Assembly: GCA_040765305.1 (NCBI GenBank)
Contig: JAXGRZ010000001.1
Location: 1-36,033, forward strand
DNA: 36,033 nt
Direction of reading: 5' to 3'
Source: Hyphomicrobiaceae bacterium
GTDB lineage: Bacteria > Pseudomonadota > Alphaproteobacteria > Rhizobiales > Hyphomicrobiaceae
The notes under the pieces: generated by a model
The model's database searches: none
Seen by the model: the letters and a program-made list of their open reading frames with translations, nothing else
Told to the model about the DNA's origin: nothing
Position numbers and translations under genes: made by a program
In this document: positions 27,204 through 35,591 of the stretch, piece after piece
How positions within the stretch are numbered: the stretch's first letter is position 1
Layout of the letters: each line of letters begins with the position of its first letter

Positions 27204-27821
27204 TCAAGCGGGAAGCGGTGTGGTGAATGCCAAGCCGGCAATGACCGCTTCGCCGTCCGCAGCACAAAGCGCCTCACGCTGGCGGAAGGCATGTGCTGCC
27301 AGCAGTGCGGACTTGATCCGCACGTGGGTCGGCGCGTCCGGCTTGGATTGAGGCGGACGCGAATCACTGGTGCCCTGTCTATCGCCCGCCACGTCTTGCG
27401 CCCCGATCACACCTTCCCCGGCAATGAACAGGTCCAGCGCCGCAGCCATCGCCTCACGGTCATCGGCATCGAGTGCCGCGCGGTAGGCTTTTGTCCGCTC
27501 GTAAAACCCGGCAGCCGCCTTTTTCACCTTCTTGGGCACCGAAAGATCGCCAACACCGATCTCGCGCATGCAATCATCCATATCGGTGAAGAACGCTTCC
27601 AGCGTCAGGCGGCTCGTCTCCTTGGCAAGCTCGCCCTCTGCGCGCAGCCGTTCCAGGACCTGGAAAAGCGTCAAAACGATCATTTCGTAACGGCCGTTCA
27701 GCGTATCGGGCACGCCATAGTCGCGGTAGAATTCGCTCTGCCGTGCAGCGGCCACGACTGCGCCATAAAGCTGCTTAGCTTTACGCGTGTTGCTGGCGCG
27801 GGCTGCAAACCATTTCAACAT
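27204..27821 (-). CDS. Ubiquinol-cytochrome c chaperone (Cbp3-like) family protein
   Basis: From the ATG at 27821: MLKWFAARASNTRKAKQLYGAVVAAARQSEFYRDYGVPDTLNGRYEMIVLTLF...FFTDMDDCMREIGVGDLSVPKKVKK. The 297-aa ORF's N-terminal 92 aa overlap the divergent bamE promoter and are rejected. Confidence 0.85.
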   Translation of the reverse strand: MLKWFAARASNTRKAKQLYGAVVAAARQSEFYRDYGVPDTLNGRYEMIVLTLFQVLERLRAEGELAKETSRLTLEAFFTDMDDCMREIGVGDLSVPKKVKKAAAGFYERTKAYRAALDADDREAMAAALDLFIAGEGVIGAQDVAGDRQGTSDSRPPQSKPDAPTHVRIKSALLAAHAFRQREALCAADGEAVIAGLAFTTPLPA

Positions 27822-28061
27822 CAACCATCCGTCCTCGTTGCTTCTCGCTAATCGTTGTGCCGCCACTGTAAGCCGCTGCAAATGGCGGGGAAGAAGTGGT
27901 CTAGCGCGTTGCATAAGCCTCTGTCTCGGGCTAATCGGCGCAAGAGGGGACGATGGCGGTGATTCCCGCGCTGACAGCGTACTCATATCGGGGTGTGCAT
28001 ATTCCATATCGGGACAGACAGGATATGGCTGGTTATTGCACTCAGGGGGAGGAGCCAAGCA

Positions 28062-28565
28062 ATGAAGGCAGGATGCACCAATGGCGTCATGCGGCACGCT
28101 GGGCGGCTACGCGCCACCGCGGGCTCTTCGCTGCTGGCGGTGACGTGCGCCATCACACTGCTTCCCGCCCTCGCCGGCTGCAGTCCACAGATCATCAAGC
28201 ACGGCCATCAATTCCGAGAGACCGATATCCAGCAGATCCAGCCTGGCATGTCGCAGGAACAGGTCAAACTGCAACTTGGCACGCCCGCCACGACAACCAC
28301 GATCAATAATGGGCAGGCCTACTACTACATTGCCTCGACCATGAGCCAGGCAGCCTTCCTCAAGGAAAAGGAAATCGATCGCAAGGTGCTGGCCGTCTAT
28401 TTCAATCCGATGGGCTCTGTCGATCACATCGCCCACTACGGCATGAAGGACGGCAAGGTGTTCGATTACATCTCACGCACCACAGCGGCCCCCGGCGGCA
28501 AGGATGATGGCATCTTAAAGCAGCTGTTCCGCAACCTCGGCACGCGCCAGCTATACGGCGAATAA
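28062..28565 (+). CDS. bamE: Outer membrane protein assembly factor BamE (SmpA/OmlA lipoprotein)
   Basis: The ATG at 28062 is preceded by GGGGGAGGAG. Lipobox LLPALAGC is followed by HGHQFRETDIQQIQPGMSQEQVKLQLGTP, the BamE fold signature. Confidence 0.88.
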   Translation: MKAGCTNGVMRHAGRLRATAGSSLLAVTCAITLLPALAGCSPQIIKHGHQFRETDIQQIQPGMSQEQVKLQLGTPATTTTINNGQAYYYIASTMSQAAFLKEKEIDRKVLAVYFNPMGSVDHIAHYGMKDGKVFDYISRTTAAPGGKDDGILKQLFRNLGTRQLYGE

Positions 28566-28820
28566 AACGTCGAAAGCACGATGACCGGCCCCCAGTTTCT
28601 GCCCCCTGGTATTCCAGATCGGCTGACGTTTGGCAGCCACGCCACGGACTGAGCCGTCAAATCCACAAAATCGGCGACCGGTCCTTGGCAACAGCGGCCA
28701 CCGTTAATCCTAACAAACAGTTAGCGCTGCAATTGGCGTGTCCTTTTAGGAAGTACACGTCGTTCTGGCATTGGACGTGCACAACATTTGACACCATTTC
28801 AAATATTTGTGGACGTGATC

Positions 28821-29885
28821 ATGTCGTACGCTGAAATTTTGTGCATCACGCTTGTGCTAGCAACCATTGGCTTGCTTCTTTTCGCCGACTTCAACCGGCG
28901 CCTCAATAGTTCGCGAATTGCAGCAATGCTGGCGCTTTTGACAATCGCCGGGGCAGACTACTTCTTTGTCACATCAACGCCTTTCGGAAATGGCTTCGAC
29001 GTCAGTGAACCCACCACACCCAAGCGCCAACAGAAAAGATCAGGCCGCAATGCCGGGCAAGCCCATGCCTCACAAATGGATACCGAGTCAGAGGATCGTG
29101 ATAGTGCTTCCAATGAAGCCACCGAGCCAATGGAAGCGGCCGGTGGCACAGATATGCGTACCGCATTCGAAGGCACGAGCCGTTCCCTTAGTCATTGGCT
29201 AAAGACGTGGCTTGGCGGGAAACCCGCGAGCACTCCGTCCTTAGTGCACGTCCGCGACTTCAAGGACTGCCAGGCATGTCCAGAAATGGTGCGCATTCGA
29301 GCTGGTGTGCGTTTGATTGGCGATCCCAAAAGCGAAGGCGCACCCGCTTTAGGGCTCATGCCTCAGCAGAAAATGCGTGTTTGGCCGGGTTATGCTGTTG
29401 CACGAGACGAAATAACGGCAGCCCAGCTGCGGGCGGCTGGGATCACGCCGCGTGGCGGTGACACGTGCAAAGCAACCGCAAAGATCGACCACAGTGCGCC
29501 GGCAGCATGTGTTACGGCCCACGAGATGCAGTCCTATATCGGCTGGCTCAATCAGAACACAGGACGCCGTTACCGTCTGCTCAGTGCTGCGGAATGGGAA
29601 TTTGCCGCGCGCGCCAGCATGGACGATGACGCGAGCGCCCGGCACATGGGTGGCGGTCTGGCTGAAATGGTGGCGGACTGCTGGTCAGGTGACGCGACTG
29701 CAAAGCGGATCAAAACCATGGCATCACATTGCCCGTACCGCGTTGTGAAGGACGGCGCAGATGCGGAAAGCCAGGACTTGCAAAATCCTGCCGTGCGTCG
29801 GCCCTTCGAGGCGGCTTCGCGCTCGCCTCAAATCGGCTTCCGCGTCATGCGGCCATTCGATCTCACGGCAAAGAATGGGTTCTGA
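28821..29885 (+). CDS. Membrane-anchored, divergent formylglycine-generating-enzyme-like (SUMF1/FGE-sulfatase domain) protein
   Basis: Two N-terminal TM helices, an acidic disordered linker, then CPEMVRIRAG....YRLLSAAEWEFAARA....MVADCW....IGFRVMRP (FGE-domain landmarks). The start could also be the TTG at 28788. Confidence 0.7.
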   Translation: MSYAEILCITLVLATIGLLLFADFNRRLNSSRIAAMLALLTIAGADYFFVTSTPFGNGFDVSEPTTPKRQQKRSGRNAGQAHASQMDTESEDRDSASNEATEPMEAAGGTDMRTAFEGTSRSLSHWLKTWLGGKPASTPSLVHVRDFKDCQACPEMVRIRAGVRLIGDPKSEGAPALGLMPQQKMRVWPGYAVARDEITAAQLRAAGITPRGGDTCKATAKIDHSAPAACVTAHEMQSYIGWLNQNTGRRYRLLSAAEWEFAARASMDDDASARHMGGGLAEMVADCWSGDATAKRIKTMASHCPYRVVKDGADAESQDLQNPAVRRPFEAASRSPQIGFRVMRPFDLTAKNGF

Positions 29886-29919
29886 AGACTGACCGAAAGC
29901 GGCACACCGCATGCCTTGC

Positions 29920-30011
29920 GATCTGACCAAATTGGATCAGAACACTCGTATCTTGCTCTTTGCTGCAACTTGTCGCGACAAACCAGTGTCCACATCGATG
30001 GACATGCTCAG
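29920..30011 (+). repeat. Possible diverged member of the dispersed repeat family, copy D
   Basis: gatctgaccaaattggatcagaac (imperfect palindrome), then ...caacttgtcgcgacaaaccagtgtccacatcgatggacatgctcag. It shares the central CGAC.AACC.GTGTCCAC.TCG block with copies A-C, but its flanks have diverged. Confidence 0.4.
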
Positions 30012-30063
30012 GTCAAAGAACTAGATCGTGTTTGTGTTTCCATGAAACATGAACACGATCTAA

Positions 30064-30088
30064 GCGCGCCGGAGCTACTGCGGCGCGC
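30064..30088 (-). terminator. GC-rich hairpin between convergent genes; candidate terminator of the L,D-transpeptidase-like gene
   Basis: gcgcgccg-gagctactg-cggcgcgc forms an 8-bp perfect stem 9 nt downstream of the stop at 30097. On the minus strand it is followed by ttagat, only a weak U-tract. Confidence 0.4.
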
Positions 30089-30096
30089 GCAGCGTC

Positions 30097-31179
30097 TCAC
30101 AATCCCAGGAGCGACAACAGATTGCCACCCGCTGTCGGCGGCGGCGACTTGAATTTCGACATCTCGCTGGCAACTTCCGCATAAAGACCCGCCAACCAAC
30201 GCGGCTGGTCCGCGCGAATGGCGGGGATAGCGTTGTGGCGGAGGTCGGTCGGAGCGATCACCACGTTGATGTGGCTCACACCGATCTCGGCGGCCAGGAC
30301 GAACAATTCCTCCGCCGCCTCATCGCCCATCGCAAGACAACCGGCCGAAGACCTCTTGCCGTGGATCATGATGTCGCCACCCAGATCGCGGCGGCCATCC
30401 TTACGGGCCATCTTGCGATCGAATGCATTGGGATAATTGACGCGCATCGAGACGTGATAGCGGCTGTTGGGATTAAGGAACGAGATGCGGTAGATCCCCT
30501 CAGGAACCTGCTTGTCACCGCGCGTGAGCTTAGGCCCGGTGCGCCCGCTTGCGGCAAGAACAGGGTAGGAATGCACGAACATCCAAGCGCCGCCTTGCGA
30601 GCGCGCATGAAGCTCCAGATGCTTCTTATCCTTGATGGCGACAAGTGCGATCTCGGCAGGCGGCCAGGCGACCTTTGCCGCTTCGAACCTTGCAACGATA
30701 CGCTTCGTCGCGGCGGGCCCGATCTCGGCAAGCCGTTGCCCCAGCGATCCATAGCGACGCGGCGATGGCGCGCGGTTCCGCAGCGTCGGTGATGTGGCCG
30801 GGGCTACGGCGCGGGGCGTGCCCTGCGTGCGCGCGGTGTGTGTCTGTGTCGACCAGGTACTTTCATCCTCGCTATCCAGACGCACAACTGGCGGCCATTG
30901 TTCAGCGGATGGGTCAAATGCATCGGGGGGAGCAAATTCGAAGCGCGAGACTTCTGGTTCGGCAAGGTCGGTGAATTCGAGCTCTGCAACGTTCGGTTCG
31001 GGATACAAAGACTCGCGCGGCAACGAACCGGTCTCCAATGCGCCAGACACCGTGGGCCTATCGGGCATCGAGACCTGCGGCTCATCTGAGATCTGATCAA
31101 TCGCCAGCATGGCAGCAGCCGTCGTGGCCGCACCGACCAGTGCGACCGTTACCAGAGCTGCGCGTTGGCTCAATCCCAT
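30097..31179 (-). CDS. YkuD-fold L,D-transpeptidase family protein, YafK/DpaA-like, with a long low-complexity N-terminal extension
   Basis: 360 aa with an N-terminal anchor/signal (AALVTVALVGAATTAAAMLA) and ~130 aa of P/E/A-rich sequence. The catalytic region is GDKQVPEGIYRISFLNPNSRYHVSMRVNYPNAFDR...GGDIMIHGKRSSAGCLAM (H...S-x-GC motif). Confidence 0.8.
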   Translation of the reverse strand: MGLSQRAALVTVALVGAATTAAAMLAIDQISDEPQVSMPDRPTVSGALETGSLPRESLYPEPNVAELEFTDLAEPEVSRFEFAPPDAFDPSAEQWPPVVRLDSEDESTWSTQTHTARTQGTPRAVAPATSPTLRNRAPSPRRYGSLGQRLAEIGPAATKRIVARFEAAKVAWPPAEIALVAIKDKKHLELHARSQGGAWMFVHSYPVLAASGRTGPKLTRGDKQVPEGIYRISFLNPNSRYHVSMRVNYPNAFDRKMARKDGRRDLGGDIMIHGKRSSAGCLAMGDEAAEELFVLAAEIGVSHINVVIAPTDLRHNAIPAIRADQPRWLAGLYAEVASEMSKFKSPPPTAGGNLLSLLGL

Positions 31180-31391
31180 TCTTCACCCGTGTTACGTCAT
31201 GCGTGCAGTTTCCACTGCACACCACAAGATGACTGATTCGTGTTCTCGATTGGACCGAGGCCGCAACGAATCTCTTGGAATAATGGGGATTTTTCACGCG
31301 CCAACAGGCTGTCCGTGGTGTCAAATTGAGTACAATTGCCACCCAATCGCGAGGCCGGAATGCACGAAGATGCATAGAATACAACTGTATT

Positions 31392-34300
31392 TCAGGCCGC
31401 TTTTCGCGCCTTTCCGGCAATATCGGCCAGTTCGGCAATGAAGGCACGCACGCCTTTCAAGCGCTTTTCTGGCAGATCCCAGTCGGCCTTGAAGACAAGG
31501 CGATGGTCAGGTTGCAGCTTCACCATTGCGCGCGAACCTTGCATCAGCTGCACGAGGCCCTCGGGATTGGCGAACGTGTTCCTGCGGAAGGCAACGAGGG
31601 CGCCTTTGGGACCTGCATCGACCTTGGCGACGCCCGCCACCCGGCATAGCCCCTTGATCTCCATGACATCGAGCAGATGTTTGACCTCCTCGGGCATCTC
31701 GCCGAAGCGATCGACAAGTTCGGCGGCAAAGGCATCGATGTCCTCGCGCCCTTCCAGGCCGGACAGGCGGCGATAAAGCCCCAAGCGCAATTGCAGGTCA
31801 CTGACGTAGGCCTCAGGGATCAGGATCGAGGTGCCCAGCGAGATCTCGGGCGTCCATTGCTCGGCGCCCTCGCCCATGTCGCCCCCCTTCATGGCAGCGA
31901 CCGCCTCCTCGAGCATCGACTGGTAGAGTTCGAAACCAACTTCGCGGATGTGCCCCGACTGCTCCTGACCGAGCAGATTGCCGGCGCCGCGGATGTCGAG
32001 ATCGTGACTTGCCAAAGAGAACCCGGCCCCCAGCGCATCGAGCGAGTGCAGCACCTTGAGACGCTTTTCGGCACCCTCGGTCAGCACCTGGTTGGCCGGC
32101 GTCGTGAAATAGGCGTAGGCGCGCGTCTTGGAGCGGCCAACGCGGCCGCGCAACTGATAGAGCTGGGCCAGACCGAACATATCGGCGCGATGCACAATGA
32201 GCGTGTTGGCATTGGGCACATCGAGACCCGATTCGACGATCGCGGTCGACAACAGCACGTCGAACTTGCCCTCGTAGAAGCCCGTCATGATGTCCTCCAG
32301 CTCGGTCGGCGTGAGCTGGCCGTGGGCGCGCGCAACTTTCAACTCGGGCACCGCTTCGGCGAGGAATTCGGCAACGTCGTCGAGATCGGCAATGCGTGGG
32401 ACGACATAGAACGATTGGCCGCCGCGGAAACGCTCACGTCGCAGCGCCTCGCGGATGATCACTGGATCAAACGGCGAGATGTAGGTGCGCACAGCCAGGC
32501 GGTCGACCGGTGGCGTGGTGATCAGCGAGAGTTCGCGCACACCGGTCAGCGCCAGTTGCAACGTCCGCGGGATGGGCGTTGCCGACAGCGTCAGCACGTG
32601 CACATCCTCGCGTAATTTCTTCAAGCGCTCCTTGTGAACGACGCCGAAGTGCTGCTCCTCGTCGATGATGATCAGGCCCAGCCGTGCAAACTGGATCTGC
32701 TTGCCGAGCAGCGCATGCGTGCCGACGACGATGTCGATGGCACCGCTCTTCACCCCCTCCTTCACATCGGACAACTCCTTGGTGCCGACGAGCCGGGAGG
32801 CCTGGGCAATGTTGACCGGAAGGCCATGGAAGCGCTCCGAGAACGTCTTGAAGTGCTGGCGCGCGAGCAGCGTGGTCGGCACGACGACCGCCACCTGCAG
32901 GCCGTTCATGGCGGCAACAAAGGCGGCGCGCAAGGCAACCTCGGTCTTGCCGAAGCCGACGTCGCCGCAAACCAGGCGATCCATCGGGCGGCCGAGATTG
33001 AGGTCATCGAGAACGGCGTCGATGCTGGCCGCCTGATCCTCGGTCTCATCATAGGCAAACCTCGTCACGAACTCGTCATAAGCGCCGGTCGGTGGGGCAA
33101 TCGCCGGGGCTTCACGCAACTGGCGCATGGCGGCGATCTTGATCAGTTCGGCGGCGATCTCACGCAGCCGCTTCTTCATGCGCGCCTTGCGCGATTGCCA
33201 GGCGACACCACCCAGTTTGTCAAGCTGCGCGTTGCCGTCGTCGGAGCCGTAGCGCGACAGCAGTTCGATGTTCTCCACCGGCAGGAACAGCTTGTCACCA
33301 CCGTGGTAGGTCAGTTCAAGGCAGTCGTGCGGCGCGCCCAGTGCCGTAATGGTCTTGAGGCCGGCGAAGCGGCCGATGCCGTGGTCGGCGTGGACGACCA
33401 GATCGCCAACAGAAAGGCTCATTGCCTCGGTCAGCACGTCGGCAGCACGCTTCATCTTGCGGCGCGGACGCACGAGGCGATCGCCCAGGATGTCCTGCTC
33501 GCCAACCACCGCAACTTCCGGCGTCTCAAAGCCCTGCTCCACCCCGACGACGGCAAGCGCGGTGACATCTTGCGGCAGCGCCTTCACCTCATCGAAGTGC
33601 TCGACCTTGCGCATCTCCTTCAAGCCGTGATCGCCGAGCAGCGTCATCAAGCGCTCACGCGCCCCCGGTGTCCAGGCGGCAACGACGACCCGGCGCTTGG
33701 CCACGTGCTGCTTCAAGATATGCGCAACGACGGCATCGAAGACATTGACGTCGCCCGACTGGCGCTCAGGCGCGAAGGAGCGCCCCGCACGCCCAGCCCA
33801 TGAGCGCACGTTATCGGCCTCCGGTTCATCGAAGGGCGTCAGGCGGAAGATCGCATGCGGGGCGAGCGCCGCCTTCCAGGCCGCTCCATCAAGATACATG
33901 CGCTCAGGGGGAACCGGCTTATAGGGTGCAGCCCCGAACGTCTCGGTCTCGCGGGCCTCTACACGCGCCTCATAATGTTCGTTGATCAGGTCGAAGCGCT
34001 GGCGGATGGCGTCCTCAGCCAGATGATCGAAACTCACCGTCACACCCGGCAGGTAATCGAGCAGCGTTTCAAGCGTCTCGTGGAACAGTGGCAGCCAATG
34101 CTCCTGACCCGGATAGCGCTGGCCGGCACTGATCGCCTTGTAAAGCGGATCTTCGCCGGTATTGCCGCCAAACAGCTCGACGTAGCGGCGCCTGAAGAGG
34201 GCCACAGCCTCTTCACCGAACGCCACTTCCGACATCGGCATCAACACCAGCTTCTGCAACGGCTTGAGCGTGCGTTGCGTTTCGGCGTCAAACGTCTTGA

Positions 34301-34937
34301 TCGTTTCCAGCGTGTCGCCGAAGAAATCGAGCCGGACCGGATTGGCACGCGCTGGCGGGAACATGTCGAGGATGCCGCCGCGCACCGCGTATTCGCCCGG
34401 CTCCATCACCGTACCGGTGCGCTGATAGCCGAACAGCTGGAGCCGCTCGGTCAATCGCTTCAGATCGATGCGCTGAGCGGGCGCCATCTGGCGCAGGGAC
34501 TTGCGGATGAAGGCGCGTGGCGGCAGCCGTTGCAGGATGGCATTGACGGTGGTCAGCACGATGGTCGGCTGCTTGCCGGCCGCTACCGTGAGCTTGGCAA
34601 GTGCCGCCATACGATCAGCAACGATGTCGGCGTTGGGGCCGATGCGATCATAGGGCACGCTGTCCCATGCGGGAAAGGTGATGATACGCACCCCGGGAGC
34701 AAAGAACGAAAGCTGTTGGCTCAACGCCTCGATGCGCCGATCATCACGCGCGACGTGCACCAGCATGCGGGCCCCATCCGCCGCGATGGCGGAGGAGACG
34801 AGTTCGGCAAGCGCCAGCGCATCCAGCCCTTCGGGCACGCTCGAAAGGAGTATGTCTCGGGCCTTGGGTGTGCCCATCGGTTTCGACACGGTCAGGCGTT
34901 GCTCCTTAGGGTCCCGACCCAAAAACAATGGGTCCAA
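31392..34937 (-). CDS. mfd: Transcription-repair coupling factor
   Basis: 1181-aa ORF. Has a CarD/RNAP-interacting region (GDLVVHADHGIGRF), helicase motifs (GDVGFGKTEVALRAAF, IIDEEQHFGV, LTLSATPIPRTL, GQSFYV, QLRGRVGRS) and a TRCF C-terminal domain. The ORF opens at a TTG. A GTG at 34889 (AGGAG 12 nt upstream) or the ATG at 34877 may be the real start. Confidence 0.95.
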   Translation of the reverse strand: MDPLFLGRDPKEQRLTVSKPMGTPKARDILLSSVPEGLDALALAELVSSAIAADGARMLVHVARDDRRIEALSQQLSFFAPGVRIITFPAWDSVPYDRIGPNADIVADRMAALAKLTVAAGKQPTIVLTTVNAILQRLPPRAFIRKSLRQMAPAQRIDLKRLTERLQLFGYQRTGTVMEPGEYAVRGGILDMFPPARANPVRLDFFGDTLETIKTFDAETQRTLKPLQKLVLMPMSEVAFGEEAVALFRRRYVELFGGNTGEDPLYKAISAGQRYPGQEHWLPLFHETLETLLDYLPGVTVSFDHLAEDAIRQRFDLINEHYEARVEARETETFGAAPYKPVPPERMYLDGAAWKAALAPHAIFRLTPFDEPEADNVRSWAGRAGRSFAPERQSGDVNVFDAVVAHILKQHVAKRRVVVAAWTPGARERLMTLLGDHGLKEMRKVEHFDEVKALPQDVTALAVVGVEQGFETPEVAVVGEQDILGDRLVRPRRKMKRAADVLTEAMSLSVGDLVVHADHGIGRFAGLKTITALGAPHDCLELTYHGGDKLFLPVENIELLSRYGSDDGNAQLDKLGGVAWQSRKARMKKRLREIAAELIKIAAMRQLREAPAIAPPTGAYDEFVTRFAYDETEDQAASIDAVLDDLNLGRPMDRLVCGDVGFGKTEVALRAAFVAAMNGLQVAVVVPTTLLARQHFKTFSERFHGLPVNIAQASRLVGTKELSDVKEGVKSGAIDIVVGTHALLGKQIQFARLGLIIIDEEQHFGVVHKERLKKLREDVHVLTLSATPIPRTLQLALTGVRELSLITTPPVDRLAVRTYISPFDPVIIREALRRERFRGGQSFYVVPRIADLDDVAEFLAEAVPELKVARAHGQLTPTELEDIMTGFYEGKFDVLLSTAIVESGLDVPNANTLIVHRADMFGLAQLYQLRGRVGRSKTRAYAYFTTPANQVLTEGAEKRLKVLHSLDALGAGFSLASHDLDIRGAGNLLGQEQSGHIREVGFELYQSMLEEAVAAMKGGDMGEGAEQWTPEISLGTSILIPEAYVSDLQLRLGLYRRLSGLEGREDIDAFAAELVDRFGEMPEEVKHLLDVMEIKGLCRVAGVAKVDAGPKGALVAFRRNTFANPEGLVQLMQGSRAMVKLQPDHRLVFKADWDLPEKRLKGVRAFIAELADIAGKARKAA

Positions 34938-34977
34938 GATCAGATTGGGTTTGGTCGTCCGACAACAAGCTCCAGCG

Positions 34978-35313
34978 TCACTCCGCTTGTTCTTGAGCAG
35001 ACCCCGTCAGGCCGTGGAACGCACGGATGCGCGCGATAAGCTCATCAAAGCCGGCTCCCGCGCCCTGTGCCGGTTCAATGATCCATTTGTGCAGCTGAGG
35101 GTCGGGCAATTCCATAAACCGCTCGAACGCGCCCAATGCCGGATCGGTAAGGCTTTCCAGGTAGACGTCGGCAAAACGCCCCAGCAGCCAGTCCATTTCC
35201 TTGGTGCCGCGATGGTGGGCGCGATAGGCCGCCCGGCGGCGGCGTGTGCCGATATCCCGGCCCTTCGCGTTGTCGACGTCCTCTGTCACTTCGTTTGCCC
35301 TGTCCACTCGCAT
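34978..35313 (-). CDS. sdhE: Succinate dehydrogenase assembly factor 2 (SdhE / Sdh5 family, FAD assembly factor)
   Basis: Contains RRRRAAYRAHHRGTKEMDWLLGRFADVYLESLTDPALGAFERFMELPDPQLHKWI, which includes the RGxxE motif region. The start is taken as the ATG at 35313; the ORF opens at the TTG at 35352. Confidence 0.85.
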   Translation of the reverse strand: MRVDRANEVTEDVDNAKGRDIGTRRRRAAYRAHHRGTKEMDWLLGRFADVYLESLTDPALGAFERFMELPDPQLHKWIIEPAQGAGAGFDELIARIRAFHGLTGSAQEQAE

Positions 35314-35458
35314 CCATTGGCGCCGCCAGACGCCATCTTTGCCAAACAGCAAACGCGCCCAGCATTCGGGATAACCCGTGGGCGACGCTTGACGCTGAGG
35401 CTGGGAGCAGGTTTGCTCCTTGCCGGTTCAGCGGCTCATATAGCGCCCCAGGCCCGAT

Positions 35459-35537
35459 CCGCAAAGCCGGGATAGCGCAAAGCCGGGACACCGCAAGCCG
35501 AGACACCGCCAAACCAGGACACCCGCAAAGCCAGCAC
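35459..35537. repeat. Five degenerate tandem repeats of 15-16 bp
   Basis: The units are ccgcaaagccgggata / gcgcaaagccgggaca / ccgcaagccgagaca / ccgccaaaccaggaca / cccgcaaagccagcac. They lie head to tail in the sdhE-recG divergent intergenic region. Confidence 0.75.
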
Positions 35538-35591
35538 TGGCCCAAAATCGCGCCGTTCACAGCCACCAGAGCAAAAGACCATCAAAACGCC

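Noticed and set aside
26877-27851. 324-aa plus-strand ORF spanning the yceD-like and Cbp3-like genes
   Set aside because: It is antisense to two well-supported minus-strand genes and crosses their intergenic gap. The composition is Arg/Cys/His-rich and there is no SD.
28690-28720. CtrA-box-like TTAATCCTAACAAAC upstream of the FGE-like gene
   Set aside because: The second half-site (TTAAC) is missing, so it does not satisfy TTAA-N7-TTAAC.
31677-35039. Three long plus-strand ORFs (31677-32615, 32634-33803, 33855-35039; 312-394 aa) opposite mfd
   Set aside because: They are antisense to an unambiguous mfd reading frame with all helicase motifs. Their products are Arg/Gly/Leu/His-rich with no recognisable motifs. 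This is the classic stop-codon-poor antisense frame of a high-GC gene.
35459-35537. CRISPR-like array
   Set aside because: The units are only 15-16 bp and directly abut without spacers. No cas genes are present. It is a simple tandem repeat.
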